From: an uncultured Acidimicrobiaceae bacterium | GTDB taxonomy: Bacteria > Actinomycetota > Acidimicrobiia > Acidimicrobiales > RAAP-2 | Reading direction: 5' to 3' | Length of the DNA stretch: 64,000 nt | Assembly: GCA_963711065.1 (NCBI GenBank) | Contig: CAVQCO010000004.1 | Location: 62,867-126,866, forward strand | Part shown: positions 19,320 through 28,500 of the stretch, piece by piece | Position numbering within the stretch: position 1 is the stretch's first letter | Layout: the number at the start of each line of letters is the position of its first letter | Notes under the pieces: model-generated | What the model was told of the DNA's origin: nothing | What the model saw: only the letters and a program-made list of their open reading frames with translations | The model's database searches: none | Made by a program: the position numbers and the translations under genes

Positions 19320-20345
19320 GTGGACGCGCTCGAGGCGCTGCGCCGGATCGCGTTCCTCCTCGAGCGCGGCGGGGCCGACACCTACAAGGTGCGCGCGTTC
19401 CGCAACGCCGCCAAGGCGCTCGACGGCATGGATCCCGACGAGCTGGCCGCCTTGGCCCAGGCCCGGCGCCTGCAGACCATCCCGGGCGTCGGCAAGTCGA
19501 CCGCCCAGGTGATCGAGCAGGCGCTGCAGGGCGGCGTCCCCGAGTACCTGGCGAAACTGGAGGGCGACGGCGAGCCCAAGGACCTGCAGCTCGACGCGGC
19601 GGCCCGCTCCCTGTTGGCCTCGCTGCGCGGGGACTGCCACTCGCACTCGGACTGGTCCGACGGGGGCAGCCCCATCCTCGAGATGGCCGAGGCGGCCCGC
19701 GACCTGGGCCACGAGTACCTCGTCCTCACCGACCACAGCGCCCGCCTCACCGTCGCCCACGGGCTCAACGCCGAGCGGCTGCGCGCCCAGCTCGACGTGC
19801 TCGCCGAGCTCAACGCGGGGCTGGAGCCCTTCCGCATCCTGACCGGGATCGAGGTGGACATCCTCGAGGACGGCTCGCTCGACCAGGATCTCGACCTCCT
19901 GGCCGAGCTCGACGTGGTCGTGGCGAGCGTCCACTCCAAGCTGCGCATGGACTCGGACCAGATGACGGCGCGTATGCTCGCCGCCATCGAGAGCCCCCAC
20001 ACCGACATCCTGGGCCACTGCACCGGCCGCCTCATCACGGGGAGGGGCCGGCCCCAGTCGACGTTCGACGCCGAGGCGGTGTTCTCCGCCTGCGCCCGCA
20101 CCGGCACCGCGGTGGAGATCAATTCGCGACCCGAGCGCCAGGATCCGCCCCAGGACCTGCTGCGCCAGGCGGCCGACCTCGGGTGCGCCTTCGCCATCGA
20201 CACCGACGCCCACGCGCCCGGCCAGCTCGAATGGCTCCCGCGCGGCTGCGCCAAGGCCGCCGACGCCGGGCTCGAGCCGGCGCGCATCGTCAACGGCGGG
20301 TCGGCCGAGGGATTGCTGGCCTGGGCGGCGTCGCACGATGGCTGA
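19320..20345 (+). CDS. PolX-like HhH + PHP phosphoesterase protein (no polymerase palm)
   Basis: The N-terminus is 8-kDa/HhH-like (YKVRAFRNAAKAL..IPGVGKSTAQVI) and is followed directly by a PHP domain (GDCHSHSDWSDG..DTDAH). GTG 19320 lies 1 nt after the upstream stop. Confidence 0.8.
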   Translation: MDALEALRRIAFLLERGGADTYKVRAFRNAAKALDGMDPDELAALAQARRLQTIPGVGKSTAQVIEQALQGGVPEYLAKLEGDGEPKDLQLDAAARSLLASLRGDCHSHSDWSDGGSPILEMAEAARDLGHEYLVLTDHSARLTVAHGLNAERLRAQLDVLAELNAGLEPFRILTGIEVDILEDGSLDQDLDLLAELDVVVASVHSKLRMDSDQMTARMLAAIESPHTDILGHCTGRLITGRGRPQSTFDAEAVFSACARTGTAVEINSRPERQDPPQDLLRQAADLGCAFAIDTDAHAPGQLEWLPRGCAKAADAGLEPARIVNGGSAEGLLAWAASHDG

Positions 20346-20351
20346 CCGCTG

Positions 20352-21416
20352 GTGACGCTCGCCGTCCGCCCCCCGGTGGCCCCGATGCTGGCCAAGCTGG
20401 CGCGCGAGCTCCCCCGCGGTGACGGGCTCTTCTACGAGCCGAAGTGGGACGGCTTCCGCTGCATCGTCTTCCGCGACGCCGACGAGGTCGAGCTCGGCAG
20501 CCGCAACGAGAAGCCGCTGACGCGCTACTTCCCCGAGTTGGTCGCCGCGCTGGTCCGCGAGCTCCCGGACCGCTGCGTCCTCGACGGCGAAATCGTCATC
20601 GCCGGCCCCAAAGGCCTCGACTTCGACGCGCTCTCCCAGCGCATCCACCCGGCCGAGAAGCGCATCCGCCAGCTGGCCGAGTCGACGCCCGCCTCCTTCG
20701 TCGCCTTCGACCTGCTCGCCCACGGCGACACGTCCTACCTGGAGACCCCGTACGCGCAGCGTCGTGCCGCGCTGGAAAAGCTGCTCAAGAAGGCACGGGC
20801 GCCGGTCCACCTGACCCCGGCCACCGACGACCCCGAGGTGGCCAACGACTGGTTCTCCCGCTTCGAGGGGGCCGGGCTCGACGGGGTGGTGGCCAAGGCG
20901 GCCGACTTGCACTACCTGCCCGACAAGCGGGTCATGGTCAAGGTCAAGCACCAGCGCACGGCCGACTGCGTGGTCGCCGGGTTCCGCACGCACAAGGACG
21001 GCGAGGGCGTCGGGTCCCTCCTGCTCGGGCTCTTCGACGCCACGGGGACCCTGCACCATGTCGGCGTCGCCTCGGGATTCAGCGTGGCGCGCCGACGCGA
21101 GCTGGTGCGCGAGATCGAGCCGTACCGCGCCAAGGCGCTCGAGGGCCATCCGTGGGCGGGGTGGGCACCCGAGGGCGAGGGCGGCCGGATGCCCGGCGGC
21201 ACGAACCGCTGGAACGCCGGCAAGGACATGACCTGGGAGCCGCTGCGGGCCGAGGCGGTGTGCGAGGTGTCCTACGACCACCTGCAACACGACCGCTTCC
21301 GCCACGCCACCACGTTGGTGCGCTGGCGGCCCGATCGCGAGCCGGCGTCGTGCACCTACGACCAGCTGGACACGCCGGTCCCCTACGAGCTGGCCAAGGT
21401 CTTCGGGACCGCCTGA
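20352..21416 (+). CDS. ATP-dependent DNA ligase (LigC / LigD ligase-domain type)
   Basis: Adenylation motif I EPKWDGFR and an OB-fold C-terminus; 354 aa. Confidence 0.9.
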   Translation: MTLAVRPPVAPMLAKLARELPRGDGLFYEPKWDGFRCIVFRDADEVELGSRNEKPLTRYFPELVAALVRELPDRCVLDGEIVIAGPKGLDFDALSQRIHPAEKRIRQLAESTPASFVAFDLLAHGDTSYLETPYAQRRAALEKLLKKARAPVHLTPATDDPEVANDWFSRFEGAGLDGVVAKAADLHYLPDKRVMVKVKHQRTADCVVAGFRTHKDGEGVGSLLLGLFDATGTLHHVGVASGFSVARRRELVREIEPYRAKALEGHPWAGWAPEGEGGRMPGGTNRWNAGKDMTWEPLRAEAVCEVSYDHLQHDRFRHATTLVRWRPDREPASCTYDQLDTPVPYELAKVFGTA

Positions 21417-22546
21417 GCGCGCCGGGGGGCGTCGACGCGGCGTGCCGCCCGCTTGCCCCGCCCGTGGCGATGGGCCCGCAGCACCCGGCGCGTCTCGGCC
21501 CGCCCCGAGCGCATGAAGGTCGGCCACTCGGAGGGGTTCAGGAACTGGCGGTAGAAGCCGACGCCCCGCACCTTCTCGTAGGGCACCGGCTCGATCATGA
21601 GGACGTCGAGGGTCGCGCGCAGCGCCCGCAGGTTGATCCGGGCCAGCTCGGTCTGCTGGCAGGTCCGCACCTGGCTCGCCACGTAAAGGATGCTGGCCCG
21701 CCGGTCCTGCCAGCCGGTCGCGTCCTCGCCGACGAACTCGGGCGGGTAGAAGCCGTTGATGGCGACGGCGGCGTCGCACGGCTCCTCGAGCTCGAGCACG
21801 GGGCGCACCGGGAAGATGTCGACCAGGCCGCCGTCGCACCAGTGCCGCCCGTCGAGGGGCACGGGCCTGACGAACAGGGGCAGCGCGATCGCCATGCGGA
21901 TGGCGCGGGCGACGCTGAGGTCCGGGTGCGTGCGCGGGCCGATGTACTCGAGGCGGTTCTCCTCCACGCACCACACGGGCGCGTACGCCGGGATCTCCAG
22001 CTCCCCCAACGTCCGATCCCCGAGCAGGCGCCGGAAGGTCGCCTCGATACGCTCGCCCCGGATGACGCCCGCAAAGCCGCGTCCCGCCGTCGGGACCACG
22101 GCACCCAGGGTGCGCCAGTCGACGTCGACGTAGTCGTCGGGCTCGAACCCGAGCAGGAACTCCGCCACCTCGGCCGCGGGGACGCCGGCGGCCACCGGGA
22201 ACCCGAACAGGGCCGACCCGGAGCACAGCGAGATCACCGCCGGGCGGACCCCGGCCTCCTCGAGGGCGCGGGCCGCGCCCACCACCGAGGCGAGGGCTCC
22301 GCTCCCCCCGGTCGCCATGAGGGCCAGCCGCCTGCCCTCCAGCCATTCGACGCCGAAGGGATCGGCCGGGGGGAAGGGTCGCCGCTCCACCTGCCGCGGC
22401 CGCTCGCCCGGCAGGGTGAAGGTGGCCCGGCGCACGTCGTCGAGGAGCCCCGCGTCCTCGCGGATGCCGTCGACCCAGGTGCGCGTCGCCGTGATCACGT
22501 TGAAGTACTGGCGCAGGCGGAAGACGTCGAGCGCCGCGCTCAACAC
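21383..22546 (-). CDS. patatin-like phospholipase (non-canonical nucleophile elbow)
   Basis: MATGGSGALAS oxyanion region and catalytic DGG (WCDGGLV). The expected GxSxG position reads LCSGSALFG. The GTG 22546 / TTG 22543 start overlaps the WS/DGAT stop. Confidence 0.72.
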   Translation of the reverse strand: MLSAALDVFRLRQYFNVITATRTWVDGIREDAGLLDDVRRATFTLPGERPRQVERRPFPPADPFGVEWLEGRRLALMATGGSGALASVVGAARALEEAGVRPAVISLCSGSALFGFPVAAGVPAAEVAEFLLGFEPDDYVDVDWRTLGAVVPTAGRGFAGVIRGERIEATFRRLLGDRTLGELEIPAYAPVWCVEENRLEYIGPRTHPDLSVARAIRMAIALPLFVRPVPLDGRHWCDGGLVDIFPVRPVLELEEPCDAAVAINGFYPPEFVGEDATGWQDRRASILYVASQVRTCQQTELARINLRALRATLDVLMIEPVPYEKVRGVGFYRQFLNPSEWPTFMRSGRAETRRVLRAHRHGRGKRAARRVDAPRRAQAVPKTLASS

Positions 22547-23937
22547 GGGACCGGCTCCTCGAGGCGGCGGACCGCGCCGATGACCTCGGCGAAGCCCTCG
22601 GAGAGGCACTCGGCGAGCAGCTCGTGGTCGGGCACCGCCTCGGTGTCCACCGTGATGCCGATGCAACACGAACCGTCGTAGGAGAACAGGGTGGCGTTCA
22701 TGGCGGCCCCGATGGTCGGGCCGAAGGCGTAGTAGCCCGTGACGGGTGCACCGCAGAGGAAGATCGGCTGCGGGAAGCCGGTCACATCGCTGGCCAGGAA
22801 GTCCACGTGCTTGAGCATGTTGCCGACCACCGTCGTGGGCACGAAGTTCAGCGCGCCGGCGATGGCGTCGGTGAACGGCAGCGAGCGCTCGGCGCGGGCG
22901 GCCCGGCAGCGGGCCCCGATGGTGCGTATGCGACTGACCGGGTCGGCCATGCTCAGCGGCACCCGGAGCCGCTGCAGGGTGATGCGGTTCCCGCCGGGAG
23001 CGTCGTCCGCCTTGCGGATGCTGATCGGCAGCGTCACGGTCAGCTCGTCGACGGTCGCGCCATGGCGTTCGTGGTAGCGGCGCAGGCCACCGGTGACGGC
23101 GGCCATGAAGCTGTCGTTCAGCGTCCCGCCGGCGGCCGCACCGGCCTCCTTGAGCTCGGCCAGGTCGACCGTGATCATGTGCAGGACCCGTCCCGGCCCG
23201 CGTCGGGTCATGACCGGCGAGAGCACGGCCGAGATCGGGCGCACGGTGCGGCCGATGGAGCGTGCCGTCTCGAGCACGTCGCCGCCGGTGCTCAGCGGAT
23301 GGCGCAGGGCGCGGACGGTCGCCCCCGGTGCGCCGCGGGCGCCCCGCACGACGCCGTCGCGCAGGTGGGCCGCGCGGTCGGCCAGCACCTGGCCCATGAG
23401 GCGGCGCCCGTCGATCCGCTCACCGGGCGGGGCGAGGGGCAGCGGGCCCGTGTCCGCGTGCTCGGGCGCCGTGTCGAAGAGCGCCAGCGCGAGCTGCACG
23501 CCCCCGACCCCGTCGGTCAGGGAATGGTGCATCTTCATGATGACGGCGGCGCGCCCGCGCTCGAGGCCGCCCACCAGCGTGAACTCCCACAGCGGGCGGG
23601 TGCGGTCGAACCCGCTCATGGCGGCGAGCGCGGCCAGCGCGAGCACCTCGTCGGTGCCGTGCGGCGCCGGTGCGTCGACCCGGCGCAGGTGCCAGGTGAC
23701 GTCGAAGTGCGGGTCGGTCGCCCAGCGCGGCGTGGCCAGGCGCCCGGGCACCTCGACCAGGCGCTGGCGGAATGAGGGGATCTCACGGGTCGCTCGCTCG
23801 AGCCGCTCGACGAGATCCTCCCAGGCGGGGGGCGATGCGAGCCAGGCGATGCCGACCACGGTCGAGCGCAGGAGGGGGTCGGTCTCCATGTACCAGGTGA
23901 AGGCATCGTTCTGTCGCATGAACGGCGACGTGGTCAT
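22540..23937 (-). CDS. wax ester synthase / diacylglycerol acyltransferase (WS/DGAT)
   Basis: 465 aa from ATG 23937 (MTTSPFMRQNDAF). HHxxxDG motif MHHSLTDGVGG. Confidence 0.87.
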   Translation of the reverse strand: MTTSPFMRQNDAFTWYMETDPLLRSTVVGIAWLASPPAWEDLVERLERATREIPSFRQRLVEVPGRLATPRWATDPHFDVTWHLRRVDAPAPHGTDEVLALAALAAMSGFDRTRPLWEFTLVGGLERGRAAVIMKMHHSLTDGVGGVQLALALFDTAPEHADTGPLPLAPPGERIDGRRLMGQVLADRAAHLRDGVVRGARGAPGATVRALRHPLSTGGDVLETARSIGRTVRPISAVLSPVMTRRGPGRVLHMITVDLAELKEAGAAAGGTLNDSFMAAVTGGLRRYHERHGATVDELTVTLPISIRKADDAPGGNRITLQRLRVPLSMADPVSRIRTIGARCRAARAERSLPFTDAIAGALNFVPTTVVGNMLKHVDFLASDVTGFPQPIFLCGAPVTGYYAFGPTIGAAMNATLFSYDGSCCIGITVDTEAVPDHELLAECLSEGFAEVIGAVRRLEEPVPC

Positions 23938-23987
23938 ACCTCCAGTGATCCACGTCGTCCCCGCGGTGTCCAGGGGCGAAGGTCCCC

Positions 23988-24692
23988 TCAGTCCAGCAGG
24001 TCCGGGTCGGCGGCCAGCTCTGCCCGCACCGCCGCCTCCCAGAAGCCGAGGAACCCCTCGCCGTCGCTCTGCGCCACCAGGTCGATGAAGGCCTGCGGGA
24101 CACGCGACGCGTCCGCGCCTCCGGCCGCCCGCGCGTACCAGGCGTGCTGGCAGCGCTGCTCGAGCGCGACGGCGCGCTGGTGCACGGCACGGGCCGAGCC
24201 GCCGAGGACGAAGACGCCGTGGCCGGCCAGGAGCGCCATGGCCGCGCCGCCCATCTGCTCCACCGCGCGCCGCGCGCTGTGCGGGTCGTTCACCGGTCCT
24301 TCGTACTCGTCGACCAGCACGAGCGTCCCGCCTCCCAGGGCCGAGCTCTGGTCGAGGACGGGCGGCACCTCGGCCAGGTCGGCCCAGACCGTGCCGAAGA
24401 GCGGGTGGTTGTGCACCGCCCAGCCCACGTCGGCCCGCAGCTTGTGCAGCTCGAGGTGGAGGGGGATGCCGAGCGGGACGGGCCACGCACCCTCGACGAC
24501 GCGGCCGTCGAGGTCGATGCGCAGCACCTGGGAGGGCCGCAGCTCGGCCCAGGTGAGCAGCCATGGGTTGCACAGCAACGTGCCGTCGCCCAGGTTGACC
24601 GTGATGTGACCGGCCAGGTGGTCGTTGTAGCCCTCCCGCCACAGCGCCCGGGCGAGGACGACCAGCTCCTCGCGGGGCGTGAGGTCCGGCAT
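23988..24692 (-). CDS. class II aldolase/adducin-family protein
   Basis: 234 aa from ATG 24692. Contains HITVN.., VHNHP, AGHGVFVLG. Confidence 0.78.
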   Translation of the reverse strand: MPDLTPREELVVLARALWREGYNDHLAGHITVNLGDGTLLCNPWLLTWAELRPSQVLRIDLDGRVVEGAWPVPLGIPLHLELHKLRADVGWAVHNHPLFGTVWADLAEVPPVLDQSSALGGGTLVLVDEYEGPVNDPHSARRAVEQMGGAAMALLAGHGVFVLGGSARAVHQRAVALEQRCQHAWYARAAGGADASRVPQAFIDLVAQSDGEGFLGFWEAAVRAELAADPDLLD

Positions 24693-24730
24693 CAGCTTGT
24701 CGGCCGTCGGCGTGAACAAGGTGCCTCCTC

Positions 24731-25930
24731 TCAGGCGCGCGCCGGCAGGACCCGCTCGGGCAACGGGTGGCGGTAGAGGGCCGCGGCGTTCTCGCAGCAC
24801 ATGGCGCGCAGCTCGTCGTCGGGGATGTGGCCCCAGCACTTCTCGATCACGTCCTGGGTGTCGGGCCACGTGCTGTCGCCGTGCGGGTAGTCGACCTCCA
24901 CCATGATGTGGTCGACCCCGATGGCGTGCCGGGTGTCGATGGTCGACGGGTCGTCGATGGTGCAGAACCAGAAGTTGCGCCGCAGGACGTCGGCCGGTCG
25001 CACGTCCCAGGCCTTCCCGTAGCCGGAGCGGTCGACGATGTTCTCCAGGCGGTCGACCAGCATCGCCACCCAGCCGATGCCCCCCTCGCTCATGGCGATC
25101 TTGAGACCCGGGAGGCGCAGGGCGTAGCCCGACCACAGCCACTCGGCGCAGGCGGTGAGCGACAGTTGCCCGAACAGCGTGGCCCCGAGGTGCAGCGTGT
25201 CCCAGCCCGCGCCCGGAGGCGCCGGGGCGAGGCCCGAGCTGCCGACGTGCAGGGAGACCACCTGGTCGGCCTCCACCACGGCCTCCATGATCGGGTCCCA
25301 GTGCGCCCGGTCCCACAACGAGGGCAGCCCGATCTCGTGCGGCCGCTCCGGGAAGGTGACCGAGGTGAAGCCGCGGTCCGCGTTGCGGCGGATCTCGGCC
25401 ACCGCCAGCGCGGGGTCGGCCAGGTAGGTGATCCCGAGGGGGACGATGCGCTCGGGGTGCGGCGCGTACCACTCCTCGAAGAGCCAGTCGTTCCAGGCCC
25501 GCACGCAGGCCAGGCCCAGCTCGCGGTCCTTGGCGTCGAAGAAGACGCGGCCGCAGAACCCGGTGATCATGGACGGGAAGTTCACCGACGCCCACACCCC
25601 GTTGATGTCCATGTCGTGCATGCGGGCGTCGACGTCGTAGCAGCCGGGCCGCATCTGGTCGAAGCGGAAGGGCTCGACCCGGACCGTCTCGGGCCGGCGG
25701 CCGGCGACGGCGTTCATCCCCACCTGGGTGAAGTGCTGCCCCTCGAACTCCCACACCTGGTGGCCCTCGGGGGTCTCGATGATCCGGGGTGCCCGGTCCG
25801 CCAGCGCGGCCGGGAGCCGGCCCTCGAAGGTGTGCGGCGGCTCGACGACGTGGTCGTCCACCGAGATCACGGTGTAGCGGACCTCCCGGGGCTCGGGCTC
25901 GGGGAGGAAGAGGTCGTCTCCGTCCGGCAC
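24731..25930 (-). CDS. amidohydrolase-2 family metal-dependent hydrolase
   Basis: 399 aa. ISVDDHVVEP at the N-terminus and a VDYPHGD metal-ligand region, ACMSD-like. Confidence 0.78.
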   Translation of the reverse strand: MPDGDDLFLPEPEPREVRYTVISVDDHVVEPPHTFEGRLPAALADRAPRIIETPEGHQVWEFEGQHFTQVGMNAVAGRRPETVRVEPFRFDQMRPGCYDVDARMHDMDINGVWASVNFPSMITGFCGRVFFDAKDRELGLACVRAWNDWLFEEWYAPHPERIVPLGITYLADPALAVAEIRRNADRGFTSVTFPERPHEIGLPSLWDRAHWDPIMEAVVEADQVVSLHVGSSGLAPAPPGAGWDTLHLGATLFGQLSLTACAEWLWSGYALRLPGLKIAMSEGGIGWVAMLVDRLENIVDRSGYGKAWDVRPADVLRRNFWFCTIDDPSTIDTRHAIGVDHIMVEVDYPHGDSTWPDTQDVIEKCWGHIPDDELRAMCCENAAALYRHPLPERVLPARA

Positions 25931-25968
25931 GCTCAGGAGTATGCCCGAGGCGCCGCAGCGGCGCCCGT

Positions 25969-27360
25969 CTACACCCCCCGGTGGTTCTCGAAACGGGCGT
26001 ACTGCTTGAGGAAGAGGAGGTTGGCCTTCCCTGTCGGGCCGTTGCGGTGCTTGGCCACCTCGATCAGCGCGTCGTCGGCGCGGTCGATCGGCACCTCGTC
26101 GTTGTACTCGGACTCGCGGTAGATGAACAGGACGACGTCGGCGTCCTGCTCGAGCGACCCCGACTCGCGGAGGTCGGAGAGCTGGGGCGTCTTGTCCTGC
26201 CGCGACTCGAGGTTCCGGGAGAGCTGCGAGAGGGCGACGACGGGCACCTCGAGCTCGCGGGCGAGGATCTTGAGGCCGCGACTGATCTCGGCCACCTCGG
26301 TCTGGCGGTTCTCCGCCCGGCCCCGGCCCGTCATGAGCTGCAGGTAGTCGACGACGACCAGCCCGAGGTCGCCTTCGGACTTCTTGAGCCGGCGCGCCCG
26401 GGCCCGGATGTCCATCACCGTCACGTTGGGGTTGTCGTCGATGAAGATCGGCGCGCCGGAGAGCCGGGTGACGGCCATCCCGATCTTGCTCCAGTCCTGG
26501 GTGCGGATCCGCCCCGTCTGCAGGCTCTGCCCGTTCACCTCGGCCTCGGAGGCCAGGAGGCGCTGGGTCAGCTCGAGGTGGCCCATCTCGAGCGAGAACA
26601 GGAGCGCCGGGCGCCCGACGTTGAGCCCGACGTTGGCCAGCACCCCCAGCGCGAAGCTGGTCTTGCCCATGCCCGGACGGGCGCCCACGATGTTGAGGGA
26701 CGAGGGCTGGAAGCCGAGCAGGATGCGGTCCAGCTCGTGGTAGCCCGTGGCCACGCCGGTGATGTGCGAGCCCCGCTGGCCCAGCTCCTCGATCCGGTCC
26801 AGCCCCTGCCCCAGCAGCTCGTGCAGCGGGCGCATGGTGTCGGCCGTGCGCCGTTCCGCCACGTTGAACACCATCTGCTCGGCCTCGTCGACGGCCGCCT
26901 TCACGTCCTCGGGCACCGCATAGCCGATGTCGGCGATCTCGCCCGCCACGCCGATGAGCTTGCGCAGGAGGGAGTGCTCCTCGACGATCTCGGCGTAGTG
27001 CCGTGCGTTGGCGAACGACGGGGTGTTGGCCTGCAGCGAAATGAAGATCGAGGGGTCGCCGACGGCCTCGAGCATGCCCGACCGCTTGAGCTCGTCGGTC
27101 ACCGTGATGGCGTCGATGGCCTCGCCCCGCTCCATGAGGGCCTGGATCGCCCCGAAGATGTGGCCGTGGGCCGGCTTGTAGAAGTCACCGGCGGAGCACC
27201 GCTCGATCCCGACCGACGCCGCGTCGTTGGACAGGAGCATCGCGCCGAGGAGCGACTGTTCGGCCTCGAGGTCGTGCGGCGGCACCCGCGCGCCGGTCGG
27301 CGAGGGGTGGGGGGCCGCACGCAGCGTCCGGGAGCGGGTGTCGTCGAAGGCTTGGACCAC
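25969..27360 (-). CDS. dnaB: replicative DNA helicase DnaB
   Basis: PPHDLEAEQSLLGAML N-terminus and Walker A GARPGMGKTSFAL. 463 aa, no intein. Confidence 0.95.
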   Translation of the reverse strand: MVQAFDDTRSRTLRAAPHPSPTGARVPPHDLEAEQSLLGAMLLSNDAASVGIERCSAGDFYKPAHGHIFGAIQALMERGEAIDAITVTDELKRSGMLEAVGDPSIFISLQANTPSFANARHYAEIVEEHSLLRKLIGVAGEIADIGYAVPEDVKAAVDEAEQMVFNVAERRTADTMRPLHELLGQGLDRIEELGQRGSHITGVATGYHELDRILLGFQPSSLNIVGARPGMGKTSFALGVLANVGLNVGRPALLFSLEMGHLELTQRLLASEAEVNGQSLQTGRIRTQDWSKIGMAVTRLSGAPIFIDDNPNVTVMDIRARARRLKKSEGDLGLVVVDYLQLMTGRGRAENRQTEVAEISRGLKILARELEVPVVALSQLSRNLESRQDKTPQLSDLRESGSLEQDADVVLFIYRESEYNDEVPIDRADDALIEVAKHRNGPTGKANLLFLKQYARFENHRGV

Positions 27361-27411
27361 GGCTCCCCTACTGTGACCGCTCGGCGCTGGGGACGGTAAG
27401 GCCCCAATAGG

Positions 27412-27441
27412 TGTGGGTAAGGCACGCGGCCGTGTGGATAA
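27412..27441. promoter_or_regulatory. two DnaA-box-like sites upstream of dnaB
   Basis: TGTGGGTAA (27412-27420) and a perfect TGTGGATAA (27433-27441), 50-80 nt upstream of the dnaB start. Confidence 0.45.
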
Positions 27442-27550
27442 GCGGTGTACGACCGGTCGCCCGCTGTGGACCGTGCACGTCCGAGGTCAGCACACCCTCA
27501 TGATGCGCACACGGGTGTGTCCGACTGGCGGACGTGCGACGGCGCGCCAC

Positions 27551-28000
27551 TCAGGTGGCGGCGCTGACCTCCACCGTCACCACAGCGGTGACGTCCCGGA
27601 ACAGCTCGACCGTCACCTCGAACGTCCCGGTCTCCTTGATGTGCTCGGGCAGCACGACATGCTTGCGGTCCACCTCGACGCCCTTGGCGGCCCGGATGGC
27701 GTCGGCCACGTCGGCCGGCCCGATGGAGCCGAAGAGGCGGCCCCCGCCGGCCGCCCGGGCGCTCATGGGGATCACGGCGCCGGCCAGGAGGCCGAGCTGG
27801 GCCTCGGCCGCGCTCCGGTCCTGGGCCTCGCGCAGGTCGCGGCCGCGGCGCATCAGCTCGGCCTGGCCCTCCACGCCGTCGGTGGCCACGATGGCGCGAC
27901 CCTCGGGGAGCAGGAAGTTGCGGGCGAAGCCGCCGGCCACCTTCACGATGTCACCCCGCCGGCCCACCCCGGCGACGTCGTCCCGCAGCAGGACCTTCAT
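27551..28000 (-). CDS. rplI: 50S ribosomal protein L9
   Basis: [32 protein letters not shown]; 149 aa. Confidence 0.95.
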   Translation of the reverse strand: MKVLLRDDVAGVGRRGDIVKVAGGFARNFLLPEGRAIVATDGVEGQAELMRRGRDLREAQDRSAAEAQLGLLAGAVIPMSARAAGGGRLFGSIGPADVADAIRAAKGVEVDRKHVVLPEHIKETGTFEVTVELFRDVTAVVTVEVSAAT

Positions 28001-28500
28001 GCGTCCGCACCCTCCTCGTCGGTCTCGACCACGACCTCCACCGGCACGCCGGCCTCGGCGTCCGCCACCGCCTCGTCGACGATCGCCAGGGCCTCGGCCA
28101 CCTCCGCCTCGTCCGCAGCGGCGGCCGGCGCGGCCCGGGCCGCGGAGCGCGCCTCGGCGGCCATGGAGTCACCGAGCGTCCGCTCCCCCCGGTCCCGTCC
28201 GCCGCGCCCGCCCGGACGCTCGGTCACGGTGCGCTGGGTGTAGGGCAGCAGCACGAGCTCGCGCGCCGTCTTGATCGCCTGGGCCAGGGCCCGCTGGTGC
28301 TGGGCACAGTTGCCGGTCACCCGCCGCGAGCGGATCTTGCCGCGGTCGCTCATGTACTTGCGCAGCATGGGGACGTCCTTGTAGTCGACCCACTCGACCT
28401 TGTCCCGGCACAGCGCGCAGGGCTTCTTCTTGACCCGGCGGCCCAGATCCTTGGGGGCGCGGCGCGCCGAAGTCCCCCCGCGTTGGTTGTTGCGTGCCAT
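27997..28500 (-). CDS. rpsR: 30S ribosomal protein S18 with ~80-aa acidic C-terminal extension
   Basis: The conserved S18 core ([35 protein letters not shown]) ends near residue 87. The ORF runs on to 167 aa and overlaps the rplI ATG (ATGA). Confidence 0.88.
   Translation of the reverse strand: MARNNQRGGTSARRAPKDLGRRVKKKPCALCRDKVEWVDYKDVPMLRKYMSDRGKIRSRRVTGNCAQHQRALAQAIKTARELVLLPYTQRTVTERPGGRGGRDRGERTLGDSMAAEARSAARAAPAAAADEAEVAEALAIVDEAVADAEAGVPVEVVVETDEEGADA

Noticed and set aside
19071-22346. Very long ORFs antisense to recognised genes. Examples are 19071..22346 (1091 aa), 51827..54973 (1048 aa), 44288..46507, 2618..4075, 57632..59737, 54873..56723 and 60603..61904.
   Set aside because: They are Arg/Gly/Pro/Ala-rich with no motifs, and they lie opposite genes with unmistakable conserved products. 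Long stop-free antisense frames are expected at about 70% GC.
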